A stretch of DNA of 64,000 bases from the human T2T-CHM13v2.0 reference genome, Homo sapiens, in the NCBI RefSeq assembly GCF_009914755.1, contig NC_060940.1. One strand, 5' to 3'. The stretch's first letter is position 1, and each line of letters opens with the position of its first letter. The translations under genes were made by a program, and so were the position numbers. Shown here piece by piece: positions 13,623-27,216 of this stretch. The notes under the pieces are model-generated. The model was not told the origin of the DNA and did no database searches. It was given only the letters and a program-made list of their open reading frames with translations.

Positions 13623-14797
13623 GGGCCCAGGACAGCGTAGTTGCTAGTCTGCTTTTGGGAGGGTGGGGAGGTATGAAGAAAAGTGCGAGCCGTTTTCCAG
13701 TGATCCATGGGTGTAGAGTATGGCCAGAAATTAACACATTGGTGCCTTTGTAAATCAAGTGCTCATAACTTGGAGACTACGTCTTGTCTATAGCATCTCT
13801 GTTATGGTGACCTATACATCGAAATATTATTAGTTGGTAAAGCTTCAGATGTGGGTGGGTCAGAATTTTATTTGAATTCTTCTCTTAAGTTTAGTTCCTA
13901 AAACAACCAAAGTTCAATAATTTAATTGATACAAATACATATGTCTAATATAAAACATGTCATTTATTCTTTTCTAGCCATAAGATTTCATCTCCACAGA
14001 TATTGAACAAAATCTTTTTCAAATCTGGTTTTAAAATAGAGTCAGTAGATTTAACATCTCAGTTACTTTTAGCTGAATTTGAATGAAGAGTAGATTCCTA
14101 TTTGCTTAAGCTGTGATCAAATAAGTCAGCTACCCACAGGCTTCACAAGCAACATGTAGGTAATTAATTTTCCAAAAGTTGAGACCAGTGGCGTGACTTG
14201 GCTGACAGGGTGAATGAAGGACTCTCTGTGCCAAGTTTAGTACCTAATCAAACTTATGGGCTTTGAGTGGTGAACAGAACTTCAACCCATCAGCGTTCAA
14301 GTCTATTTACCTTTGATAAAACACCATTTCCTCTTTCTAATGAAGAAAAAACAAATGATGTTTCAAGATATTTTTGAAGAAAAAGAAAGAAATGAAATGG
14401 GCTTTAGATGTTAAATGCTTCTTCCTGAACAACTTAACACATAGATGCGTCAAACAAGTGAATAAGAGTTTTGGAAGAAATGGGGAGCAGCCATTGTGAG
14501 GGTTGAGACCTAAACAGTTTAGGAAATTGTCTTGGAGAATTCAGACTTTACAGCACAGAGGGGAAAAAAATAGTAATGCTGAGTTTGACTTTCACTGGAT
14601 TGAGTTGGAGGCAGCTTAGAGAGTGCCAAAGGAATTTCCACTCACCTTATCTCAGAATCCAGACGTTTTGAATTGGCTGGGAGAAAGCAAACTTCTCCAG
14701 TCCACAGAAGATGCGATTCACCTCATCTCAAGCTCACAATCAATTGTTTGAGATCTGTCCACACAGGGATGAAATGGGCACTTGAAGCAGCTTCATG

Positions 14798-15092
14798 TTT
14801 TTTTTTGGGGGGGGGCAGGGTTTCACTCTGTCACCCAGGCTGGAGTGCAGTGGTGCGATATCGGCTCATTGCAACTTCTGCCTCCCGGGTTGAGGCGGTT
14901 CTCCTGTCTCAGTCTCCCAGGTAGCTGGGATTACAGGCATGTGCCACTACACCCTGCAAATTTTTGTATTTTATTAGAGATGGGATTTCACCATGTTGGC
15001 TAGGCTGGTCTTGAACTCCTGGCCTTAAGTGATCCACCTGCCTCGGCCTCCCAAAGTGCTGGGACTACAGGTGTGAGCCACTGCACCTGGCC
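14798..15092 (-). mobile_element. Alu (AluS-like)
   Basis: Full dimer; G9 run next to the poly-T; CATG(T/C)TTT flanks. Confidence 0.96.
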
Positions 15093-16024
15093 CATGCTTT
15101 TAAATTCTGTATTCACTTCTTTCTCCGAACTGCTTAGGCTGGGAGGAAGTTTTGAAGGATCCTCAAAATCCTCCCCTTTCCCTTTCTCTAGTGTGGTTCT
15201 GTGAGAACCATGAATGATTTCAGATTCAATTTAAATCTTGTTCACCCTAATCACAGATCTGAACTGAGATTTACTGGCAGGAGCAAATCTTAAGACTATA
15301 AGGGCTTTTCTAATTTACACATAGTACCCCTCTGATCCCAAGGGGCTCAAAAATAGAGTCATTACCCAGAAATGCTATGCTTGGAGTGTTTTACTGCAGT
15401 TACAAAATGAAATATATACATAAAAATTAGAATTGTTAGATGCAATATATTAACTAGGCATTACGGCATCCTGGCCGTGGCCATGATATCACCCAAAGCT
15501 AAACAGAGGTCTCGCAGTTGCCTGCTTCTAACCTCAATTCATAACCAGGTCATATTTCAGAGGCTTTTACAGAAAGTGCTCATAAACCAAGATAAAGACC
15601 TATGATGTCCATGAAGCTTATCTGATCTGACTGTTTATATTTCATCTTACTCTATAGGGCTTATCTTTCTTCTCAAAACATAAAATTCTTTTTGAAAAAG
15701 AAGAGAAGATATTACTCAAAATAGAAAATCTTTTAAAATTGTATCCTGGGATAATACTAAAATCTGAGAGTTTGAGGAGCTGAAGAGAGAGATATCACTT
15801 CTCAGAGAAAATTAACATTACTGAAGAATAATATGCAATATAATGATAATATGTGGTATGATATTATTATGTGCATTATGAAAATTGCTGGCTATTCATA
15901 TGTCTCTGCAAAATAAAATAACATAAATATCTGAATTATTTGTTTTTGACCACAAAATAAATTAACACATGTGATATTCATAAAGTTAACATTATGCTTT
16001 ATATATATAATATATATTATATGG

Positions 16025-16416
16025 TATGTGTTAAATATGTGATAACATATTCTTTATCTAGTCTATCATTGGCGGGCGTTTAGGTTGGTTCCATGTCTTT
16101 GCTATTGTTAATAGTGCTGCAATAAACAAACGCATGCATGTGTCTTTATGATAGAAGGTTTTATATTCCTTTGGGTATATACCCAGTAATGGGATTGCTA
16201 GGTCAAATGGTAGTTCTATTTTTAGGTTTTTGAGGAATCACAACACTGTTTTCCACAATGGTTGAACTAATTTACACTCCAATCAATACTGTATAAGCAT
16301 TCCTTTTTCTCAGCATCCTCACCAGCACCTGTTATTTTTTGACATTTTTAATAATAGGCATTCTGACTGGTGTGAGCTGGTGTCTTATTGTGGTTTTGGT
16401 TTGCATTTCTCTAATG
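16025..16416 (-). mobile_element. L1 3' end fragment (L1PA/L1PB-like)
   Basis: GGTTCCATGTCTTTGCTATTG, GGGTATATACCCAGTAATGGGATTGCT, TTCCACAATGGTTGAACTAATTTACACTCC. Confidence 0.92.
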
Positions 16417-17070
16417 CAAACTTGATTTTAAATGATGCTTAGGGTAAGGTGCCTATATTCTTTATCCTTTAGAAGCTTTTGCAGGGTATTTCCAGGAAGA
16501 TGTCATAATCTCTGAGATAGATAAGAATTAAATCGTTACTTTGAGATCACATACTGCCTGTCATTTAAGAGGCACTTTCCACACATTATCCCATTCAGTC
16601 CTCCTGAGATAGGTATTATTGCATCTATTTTACAGAAGAGGAAACTAAAAGTATTAGAAGGGAAAGAATAACTTTTCAAACACACAATACATATGTAGCC
16701 TGACCTGGTTCAATCTCAGATCTGTGTGTGAACTTAATTTCTACACTATGCAGACCCTCATCCTAAGGCTCATTTTAAAAAGAGATAAGATCCCATTGAG
16801 CTCTGAAATCTTGCTGAGGACAATCAGCAGGAAAAGATGGTCCTTGAGGACTTTTTGTGTGGTGTGTAGGACATTGTTTATAACAACAGTGAAGATTAGT
16901 CATGTAGGGACAGAGGCCTTGGCTGGCCCTGGAAGCTGACAGACTTAGGGCAGAGTGAATCAGTAAGGAGGAGCATGGTAGCTACAAGAGTACTTATCAC
17001 AGCCTCTTCTCTCCTTGGAAGAGAATTAGGAAACATCTTGCTCAACATTCAAGCAGACTGCCTTTTAAAA

Positions 17071-17588
17071 AACTTTTATTTTAGGTTCAGGGCCACAAAT
17101 GGACAGATTATTTCACTACCCAGGTAATAAGCATAGTACCTAATGGGTGGTTTTTTGATCCTTGCCATCCTCCTTCCCTCCATCCTCAAGTAGTCCCCAG
17201 CGTCTGTTGTTCCCTTCTTTGTGTCCATATGGACTCACTGTTTTGCTTCCAATTATAAATGAGAACATACAGTACTTGGTTTTCTTTTCCTGTGTTTGTT
17301 CACTTAGGAGAATGACCTCCAGCTCCATCCATGTTCCTGCAAAGGACATGATCTCATTCTTTTTTAATGGCTGCATAGTATTCCATGGTGTATATGTACC
17401 ACATTTTCTTTATCCAGCCTACCATTGATGGGTATTTAGGTGGATTCCATGTCTTTGTTATTGTGAAAAGTGCGGCAATGAACATACACATATATGTATC
17501 TTTATGGTAGCATGATTTATATTTTATTGTGTATATACCCAGTAGTGGGACTGCTGGGCTGAATGGTAATTCTGTTTTGAGTTCTTTC
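17071..17588 (-). mobile_element. L1 3' UTR fragment (older L1PA/L1PB-like)
   Basis: AACTTTTATTTTAGGTTCAG, CTCCAGCTCCATCCATGTTCCTGCAAAGGACATGATCTCATTCTTTTTTA. Confidence 0.92.
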
Positions 17589-18345
17589 GTTTCTTCAATG
17601 TCTTTTATTAACTTTGTCTAATGAGATTACGCCAATATAGATAAAGACAGATGTGTTATTATCTTGCCCTATACAATAGGAAATAATAAGTCTGCTTTTT
17701 AACTCTATATAATACTTGATTTTTTCAATAGGAAAACAGCAAATGATTAGCGCCATGTTTGGAAGTCAGTGCACATAAATGCTGTTTCTCGTAAGTGAGG
17801 TTGAAGGATGCGCAGTAACATGAGAGACTCTGTCAGGAAGAATATTTTGGGGAAAATAAAATATTTCTTATTATCCATCTGTACCAAACCCAGCTATTAG
17901 GATTGTATTAGTTTGTATCATGCTCTGCCTTCATGAATTCTTGGCTGAACCAGATCCCTCTAGCTTGTGATTTTTCCTTTTTCTGCCAGCATCCTATGGT
18001 CTTTGAAAATACCCAAGAAGCGGGAGAAGGGAAAGCCCTAATTCCCAGTGCCTAGCATGGTGTTGATGGGGAGTAGGCACCTGCTGATTGATTGACCAAT
18101 AAATTATAAAAGGAGAAAGATGGAGTGTTTAAGCACACATTAGACCCAGTTAGGCTGGGTCTGTCTCCTGACTCCAGGTGCATGTAAGATGTATGGCCTT
18201 GTTTAGGTCACTGCACCTGAATGAACCTCATCTGTAAAATGAAGATGATACCAATCTTTCCCCGAAGACTTGATGAGAGGATTCAGTGATGCATGTAATG
18301 TACCGGTAAACAGAAGCTCCTGCTTCCGTAGACTTTTCACTGGTT

Positions 18346-18381
18346 GTTGCTCCATGGCAACCTACCAGAAGGGGGCACTGT
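18346..18381 (+). promoter_or_regulatory. Candidate CTCF motif adjacent to an RFX X-box-like motif
   Basis: CCAGAAGGGGGCAC at 18365-18378; GTTGCTCCATGGCAAC at 18346-18361. Confidence 0.55.
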
Positions 18382-18659
18382 GGAACCAGACAGTCTCTCT
18401 AGGAAACATTGAACTCTGGTTATTGCAAATACTTGACCTACTACTGCATTTTCTCCTTTCTCTTCTCCTCCTTCTTCTATAAGACACGATAAAGAAAACT
18501 TTCAAAGCATTTGGGGATGAAAAATTCAAAACAACCCTACCCTTGTCAGTACTGGTCAGTTGGTTAGTGTCCTGGCAGACCAGTGCAGTGGCTGGAAGCC
18601 ATCAGCCAGGCCAGGGATATTTAAAGCTTTGCCTTCCATTCAACTGTGCCCTGATTTCT

Positions 18660-18790
18660 CCTTTTATAGGTCTGTCTTTCTCTGGCTCTGGGAGCAAGGA
18701 CTGACTAATCCATATGTGTATCTCTAACATCTAGCTGGATCCTTAGGACCTAGTGGTTGCTCAATAAATATTTGTTGAATAAATGAATGA
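18660..18790 (+). mobile_element. L2 3' terminus
   Basis: GCTCAATAAATATTTGTTGAATAAATGAATGA. Confidence 0.75.
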
Positions 18791-18973
18791 GAGAAATGAG
18801 TTAAGCTAACCACCAATTTGTCCATTAATTCACTTTACTCCTTTCAATTCTGCTGTTTCCCATAATCAGCAGAAACTTCTTAAGGAAATAGGGATGTTCT
18901 CACTAAAAACAAAAAACAAATACAACCTGTTTCCCTCTGAGGTAGGCACAAAAAGGTTCCAGCTCCTAGGTTA

Positions 18974-19465
<492 letters not shown>

Positions 19466-22319
19466 TTAAGAAATTGGGCAGAGCTGACTAAGAAGCCTCA
19501 CTTGGACAAAGAAAAGGCCTCCTAGCTTGTAAGGGTGATGCTGTCACAGCTTGGAACTCCTGATCTTGTGCATCCTGATGCAGCAGAAATTTCAGCTAAT
19601 TTGTCCTATTCAAATGCCTAAATCTCCATCATCCTAAAATTCCGCTATGCATCACTATGGTTTCAGGGGTGATGTTCTGCATGGCTTGGTCCTTAAGGGC
19701 AGGGTGGAGAAAAATGCAACTGTAACTCTCCAGTTTTCCTGAAATTGCACTGTGATCTTCTTCAGTCTACTTTGCTTGGTGCATAATAAAAGACAATGCC
19801 CTTTGGAAGTGGATTTAAAGAAGAAGGCCAGGGCTTCTTGAGGCCATGGGTCTCTAACTCCTCTCTAACTTCCGAATGGTCTTTACTTCTGTGTGTCCTT
19901 CCAGCCTGGACCACCATGGCATGGGTTTCCATTAATATGTTATTTCCCTTTCCTGTTATCACAATATAAAAGACCTTTGCATTGACCTTTCTATCAAAAC
20001 ATCCTTTGTTTAGAATGAAAAGCTATTCACTGTTAAAGCCTTATCTATAGGGTTTAACCAGAGGATCAAATCCAAAGAGCAGAATTCGTTTACTTTGTAT
20101 TAAATGAGCTCAGTTAAGAAGTCTCAATTTTGGCAGAAAGGTGCATTAATCACAAGGAAAAGAACAGATCTCGCTTTTCACAGCTTCTGGTTTACTTTCA
20201 ATACAGTTACACAGTGAGGCTTTTGTTCGTGAAAAGTAGCACTGTATTTAAATACAGTAAATATAACAAAATTGCCTTCTTAAAATTACACAAGAGTTCC
20301 TCCAGCTCAGGATGCCCATAATGACCTCAGTGTTGCAGGACTAACTTTACGGCTTCAAAAAGGCTCTAAATTAGTTTGGACAGATGGGTTTTATCCTGAG
20401 GAAATCAATGAGTTTTTGTGAGTCTGACTTAATTTTTATGCAGCTAGCACTTTGAGATGAAATTAAAATATGTATGAAAAACATATTAAAGTTTCCCTTG
20501 GGTCCATCGTTGTTTGTACATTTACAAGGTGTTAAAGAGATGATTTAAAAACTAACTCTATAAGGGATCAATGCAAGCAGACCATGATTTATGGTCTTTC
20601 ATGACATTTTTGACACTTTGAGCCTAATGTCTTGTGTGTGTTGAACCACTAATTATCTTTTAATTCATAAGGGCTTCATGGTATTTTATAAGTGTAATAT
20701 AATATATAGGGTTGGATCACATAGAAGAGCTCAGAGAACAACATGCTTTACACGTTTGGTTGAGTGGGTAACGTGTAAGCAAATTTGGGTCGAACCTGGC
20801 TGAAAAGGCTTCTTCAAGATGCTGTAAAACTGAACCATTGCTTTTACCTGCCCAATTCTAGAAAAGTCAAACATTTTACTTTTCTAAGGCATATGCAGGG
20901 TTAAGACCTTAGTAGATTAGAAATTATATTTCTAATACAAACCAAGAAGTTAAACAGTGCCTGGATTATAGTAGATACCCAGTAAATATTGATTGACTGA
21001 ATCAGTAATTGAATGCAAACTGAACCAGAAATGAATTCAATTCCAGTTTTCCTCTGTCCTTTCAAATCAGATTTTTCAACAGATTGTTCATTTAGTGATA
21101 CAATGAATATTTACCAAGCATCCCCTCTGCGCCAGGCAGTGTTCTTGGCTCTAGAGGGAACACAATACATGGTCCAGATGCCATCAGGGAGCTCACAGCC
21201 TATCCATTCCTCAATAACACTGCCCTGTAAAGGGCAGTCAACGAAGGTGAAGTCAAGTTTTAGCTGAAACTTGAAGCCAGAGAGACAGCTTGGGGAGTAC
21301 TGTCTTTATTCCCATTTTACTGAGGCACAATGACATAAGATTGCTTATTTAAATTAGGCAACTAGATGGTAAAAATACAGTGTTAGCTCTGAACTTTAGA
21401 GAGCTGGGTAGTGAATTAAAAATTTTGGGGAAAAAAATCCTAACTGGGAAGACCATGAGCACCAAATGCTTAGGGATTAACCTGCCTTGTGTACAAAGAT
21501 GAGTCTCTAAAATTATCACCCGGCCATTGGTCCATACCTCTGAAATGATTAGGAAATTCATGTGTACTTTGGAAATGTAAAACAGTAGTCTGCCAAGGAA
21601 TTTTTGAATTAGGTTTCCCAGCTGAGGCAGAAGCCATTTAAGGCATAGACACCATGAAGAGGAGAGAAGCCCCTCCTAGATGCATTTTATGGTCATCATC
21701 CACCCTTCCCACCTTATTGGCCTTGTTGCATGTCAGGGGAAAAGATTAAGAGGCATCTGAACTACTTTTACTGAAACTTTTCTGAATGTGGACTGTGCAG
21801 ATGTGAGTGGATTGGAGAAGGGGAAGGAGGGGAGGCGATCATTTGGTTATTATCACCATCAACAGTTACTGAGCAGTTACTATGAGATTGATATGTTTCA
21901 CGGATTATCCTAATTAACAGCAAAACAATCCTCAGAGGTAAGGACTAATATCATATCCATGTATCAGATGATGAAACTTAGTCCCTGAGTTATGTGGCTG
22001 CTGTGGGTTACAAAGCTGGCAAGAGGTTGGGGCAGGCAGGCATACACCCAAATACTTTCCACCACACTGGGCAGCTTTTGAGACCCTTTTGGAGCTCAGC
22101 CTGTGGAGGCTGGGTTGGGCATTGGGCACATGTCTCAGAGACCCAGGGTCTCATTGGGAAAGTAAATACAGCATGTGCCTAAGTAGGCACATCATAGGAT
22201 GGATTGTGCCAGGTAACATGAAGCAGGGCAGGTAAGGTGCTACTCAAGTCACAAAGAGCAGTGTGTCCAAACTGGGGGAAGTGAAAGATTCTTAGAGCAG
22301 ATGGATAGATAGTGCCTTG

Positions 22320-22760
22320 TAGCTGGGGAAACCACCACAGCTCAGCAGCACCAGCAGCAACCCAGGCTTCTTTGACCTCCCTCATCCACTTTCCTTGACA
22401 TGTAGCTCTTATGCTCATGGTGGTGGAATGGCTGTGGCACCTCTGGGCATCAGTTACATTTCAGACACAACAAAGGATGAAGCAAGAACTGAGAAGAGGC
22501 AGCAGCTGTCTCAGGAAAGCCAGATCTCCACTGATGCATATCTCACTGGCCAAAAGTGTGTCAAATGGCCATGCTCAAAAGCACAGAGGGAAGAAATTCC
22601 CAAACTGAAAGTCGGTGGATTAATTTAAATACCCACCAGCTATGTAGGAGCGTTTTAGTTGCTTCACATTTTTAGCTGGATATACTGAACACAACTGAAG
22701 TTCTGTTGATAAGAAAGAAGAGAGAAAGGATATTGGATAGGCAGTGAGCAATCTGCCACA
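22320..22760 (-). mobile_element. Old MLT1 (J/K-like) LTR remnant
   Basis: CCCAGGCTTCTT, ATGGCTGTGGCACCTCTGGGCATCA, TCTCACTGGCCAAAA, ends CTGCCACA. Confidence 0.5.
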
Positions 22761-23009
22761 GGCCACAAAGGTGAAAGAGAATTAGGACAAGCAGACAGAG
22801 AAGGAAGTGTATTTTAGGCAGAAAGAGCTACACATGGAAGAAAAGCAGATGTGTGTGGACAAGATCTAGAAATCTAGAGTGTCTGGAACAACTGGGTGGC
22901 AATTAAGACTGGGAAGGCCTACTGGAGTAAAATTACAGACAGCCTGGCCTAAATACCTTCTTGAAAGTTTGATTTTAATTCTGTAGGCAGTGAGAGAACA
23001 TTGACAATG

Positions 23010-24935
23010 GTTTGTTTTTGTTTTTGTTTTTACAACTTTATGGAGTTAAAGTTGATATACAACACACTCTATAAGATGTACAACTTTCTGAGTGTTGACA
23101 TATGTATACCTTCAAGAAACGATTGCCATAATCAGGATAGTAAGCATTTCTATTACCCCTCAACTTTCTAATCTATCCCTCCCTCCACTCCTGCTTCCAG
23201 GCAATCACTGATCTTCTTTCTGCTACAACAGATTAGTTTGCATTTTCTAGAATTTCTGAGATTTATACATAGTATTTCATTAATCAATAGTTTGGTTATT
23301 TTAATTGTTGAACGGTATTGTTTGCCTATTCACCTGTTCATAGGTTGATTTCAGTTTCTATTACTAATAAATTGCTGTGAACATTCATGTGTTCTAAGAT
23401 TTCTTCCTAGAAACTTGAGGTTTTACATGTATGGTACACTTTGAATTAGTTTTTATGTGTGGTGTGAAGTAAGGTTTGAGGTTTTTTACTTTTTTTCCCC
23501 AATAGGTATCTAACTGATCCAACATAACTTGTTGAAAAGACTTTCATTTGAAACCTTTGATGAAAATCAATTGTTCATTTATGTGTGTGTCTCCTTCTGA
23601 AATCTTTATTCTGTTCCATTGATTTCTATATCTATATATTTGGTAATATAAAACGATCTTGATTATGATAGTTTTATAGTAAGTCTTTAAATCAGATGGT
23701 ATAAGTTTTGGGTTGAACATCTGCTTTAATTTCTCCTGGATAAATATGTAGAATTAGAATGGCTAGATTATGTAATGTTTATGTTTAAGTTTTTAAGAAA
23801 TTGCCAAATGTTTTAAAAGTCGCTGTTGTGCCATTTTCCATTCCCATCAGCGTGAGGAGTGTTTCAGTTGCTCAAATCCTCTCCAACACCTTAAATGTTC
23901 AGTCTTTTAAATTGTAACCACTGTAAAAGATGTGTAGTGGTTTCTCATTGTAGTTTTAATTTGACATTCTCTGAAAATTCATGATGACAAGCATATTTTC
24001 ATATGCTTGATCACTTTTATCTCTTCTTTTACTAAGCATCTGAACTTTTTGCCTATATATTAAAAATTGAGTTGTGTTCTTATCATTGAATTGGATGAAT
24101 TGTTTATATATTCTAGATCAAGTCCTTTATCTAAAATATGTGCTGCAAATATTTCTCCCAGTCAATGGCTTGTCTTTTTATTTACTTAATATCTTTTGAA
24201 GATAAAAGTGTTTTGTTATTAAATCTAGTTTATCAACTTTTTCTTTCATGGCTTCTGCTTCTTGTGTTCTAAGAAACTTTTGTCTACCCCAAGGCTTCAA
24301 AGATTTTCTCCTAGAAACTTGACAGTTTTAGGTTTTACGTTTATGATACACTTTGAGTTAGTTTTTATGTATGGTGTAAAGTAAGGGTTGATGTTCTTTA
24401 CACCATACATATCTAATTGATCCAGCAGTACTTGTTAAAAAGACTTTCATTTTTTCATCAAATTGCCTTGAAACCTTGAAAATCAATTGGTCATATATGT
24501 GTGTATTTATTTCTGAAATGTTTATTCTGTTCCATTGATTTCTATGTCTATATATTTGGTAATATAAAACTATCTTGATTATGATAGTTTTATAGTAAGT
24601 CTTTAAATCAAAAGGTATAGGCCATCCAAATTGTCTTTAGTTGTTCTTTATTTAGGTTCTTGCATTTTCGTATCAATTTTAGAATTGGCTTACCAATTTA
24701 TATCTTTAAGAAGTCTACTGGAATGCTGATCTATAAACTGTGATCAATGCACAGATCAATTTAGACAGAATTGCCATCTTAGTGATATTTAGTCTTCCAT
24801 TCTATGAACATAGTATATATCTCTATTTTGTTAGGCCTTCTCCACTTTTTGTCAGCAATATTTTAGAGGTTTTATAATAGAAATCATGGATGCTTTCATT
24901 ACATTTATTTATAAATATGTTATGTCTTGGACAAT
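23010..24935 (-). mobile_element. Old L1M fragment containing an internal ~310-bp duplicated segment
   Basis: L1M motifs CCAGGCAATCACTGATC, CCATTTTCCATTCCCATCAGC, TTGAAAATCAATTGG, TTTATTCTGTTCCATTGA; 23388-23703 duplicates 24263-24620. Confidence 0.88.
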
Positions 24936-25579
24936 TTTTGAGCAGCAGATGATACAGGCCCTCTTATCAGTGGGCAATAGAACGAATTAGAGAAAGGTAA
25001 CAGCAAAAACTGTGAAGAGGATATAGCAATATTTCAAGTGAGAAGTCTGGCTGAAGAAATAAATTAGGTGAAAATCCAGTTACAGCAAACACCTTTATGA
25101 AGACTGTTTTAGGAAGATGGTGGCACACAGGAATGTTATCTTGGAACCACCAGGAGGGCATACAGCTGGCAGTGTGCAGAACTGGGGGATCCCTAGATGA
25201 AAGACAAAGTTCAGAATATTGAATGTAGTTGACTTCCAAATTTAACTGTTATAGAAATGGATTGCTGTAGTCCAAACAAATGACATCTGAAATGCCTCTT
25301 CCTTCAAGAAGCCTTCTAAGCAAAGTGTAGTCCTCTCTCCCTTAACGATTATTGATGACACAACTTGTGCTGAGCATCTGTATATTTCAACCCAGGATTT
25401 CAGAACTATCAGAAGCCTTGGAAACCACCATCTCCAATTTATTTTTGGGAAATGGAAGCCCTGATTTAAGTAAAAAATCCAATTTTGTATCTAGCACTAT
25501 GTATACGTACTAATATAGATATTAAAATATGTATTCTTAGATAAGTGTATATATGTACTAATATGCATATTAATATATT

Positions 25580-25943
25580 CAGTAGTTCCCCTTTATCTGC
25601 AGAGGATACATTCCAGGACTACCAGCAGTGGTTGCCTGAAACTGAGGATAGTACCAAACCCTGTCAATACTATATTTTTTCAGTCTAATAATGAGATGGC
25701 TCCCAAGTGACTAAAATGCTGTGTATATACAGTGTGGATTTGCATGAATCAAAGGGATGATTCATGTCTCATAAGGGATGGAGCAGGGCAGCACGAGAGA
25801 TTTCTTTATGCTACTCAAAAAGACTTACAATGTAAAACTTCTGAGTTGTTTATTTTTGTAATTTTCCATTTAATATTTTCAGACTACAGTTCACTGCAGG
25901 TAACTGAAACTGGAGGACTTAAAACTGTAGATAAGGTATACTA
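25580..25943 (-). mobile_element. MER44 (Tigger7-derived) DNA transposon
   Basis: TIR CAGTAGTTCCCCTTTATC; CAAAGGGATGATTCA; TTTTCCATTTAATATTTTCAGAC; GGTAACTGAAAC. Confidence 0.8.
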
Positions 25944-26573
25944 CAGCCACACCTTGTAGATGTTCTGGGATTAGTTCAGTAAAATGCGTCACACAATTTT
26001 TTTTTGTTTCCCAGTGCATACAAAAGTTATGTTTACACTACACTGTAGTCTATTAAATGTGCAATAGCATGATGTCTTTAAAAAAATACTATGTATATAT
26101 CTTAATTAAAAAATACTGGCCAGATGCCTGTAATACTAGCACTTTCAGAGACTGAGGCTGGCAGATCACTTGAGCCTCAGGAGTTCGAGACAAGCCTGGG
26201 CAACATGCTGAAACCCCATCTCTACAAAAAAATACAAAGATTAGCTAGGCATTGTGGTGGGGGCCTGTAGTCCCACCTACTCAGGAGGCTGAGGTGGGAG
26301 GATCACTTGAGCCCAGGAAGTAGAGGCTGGAGGGAGCCATGATTGCACCACTGCACTACAGTCTAGGAGACAGAACTAGGTATTGTTTCAAAAAATATAT
26401 ATACTTTAGTGCTACAAAATGCTGACACAGAGACGCAAAGGGAGCACATGCTGTTAGAGAGATGGCACCAATAGATTTGCTAGAAGCAGGGTTGCCATAA
26501 ACCTTCAATTTGTAAAAAAATGCAAAATCTGGAAAGTGCAATAAGGCAAAGTACAATAAAAGGAGATACTCTA
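25944..26573 (-). mobile_element. Internally deleted Tigger1 element interrupted by an Alu
   Basis: Both Tigger1 termini present: TTTCCCAGTGCATACAAAAGTTATGTTTACACTA and GCAGGGTTGCCATAAACCTTCAATTTGTAAAAAA; preceded by TA. Confidence 0.85.
26118..26395 (+). mobile_element. AluJ-like inside Tigger1
   Basis: Dimer with a short 5' deletion; ATACT flanks. Confidence 0.93.
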
Positions 26574-26584
26574 GTCCTGTATTC

Positions 26585-26887
26585 TTTTTGTATTTTTTTT
26601 TTTTTTTGAGACAGAGTCTTGGACTGCTGCCCAAGCTTGAGTGCAGTGGCATGATCTTCACTCAATGCAACTTCAAACTTTCAGGTACAAGCAATCCTCC
26701 TGCCTGAGCCTCCCAAGTAACTGGGACTACAGGGCAAATCATCACACTCAGCTGATTTTTTGTTTTTTGTAGACATGGGGTCTTGCTTTATTGCCCAGAC
26801 TGATCTCAAATTTTTGGGCTCAAGCAATCCTCCCACCTCAGCTTCCCAAAGTTCTGGGATTCCAGGTGTGAGCCACAGCACCTGGCC
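26585..26887 (-). mobile_element. AluJ-like
   Basis: Poly-T and both arms, diverged. Confidence 0.93.
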
Positions 26888-27216
26888 ACCTGTACTATAT
26901 TCTTAGATGAATATTTACATGTACTAATATGAATATGTATAGTCTTTGCATCTAACAATGAACACATATAAATATACAGTCTTAGATGAAGATGTATCAT
27001 ATTATTATGCATATCCTTAGAGGAATATGTGTATGTACTAACATTTGTTAATATACATAGTAATATCCATATTCTTCAGATACATATGAGTGTATTATTT
27101 CAAATCATAATCAAGATAAGTTGAACCAATTCATGCTTCTAGAAGAAAATGAAAATGGGGAGGTAAGCCCTAGTGAGGGAAAGGATCTAACACTGACCGT
27201 GTATTTAGCATCTACG

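Noticed and set aside
16025-17588. Two similar L1 3' fragments as a local duplication
   Set aside because: Similarity is at family-consensus level with different diagnostic bases; best explained as independent insertions
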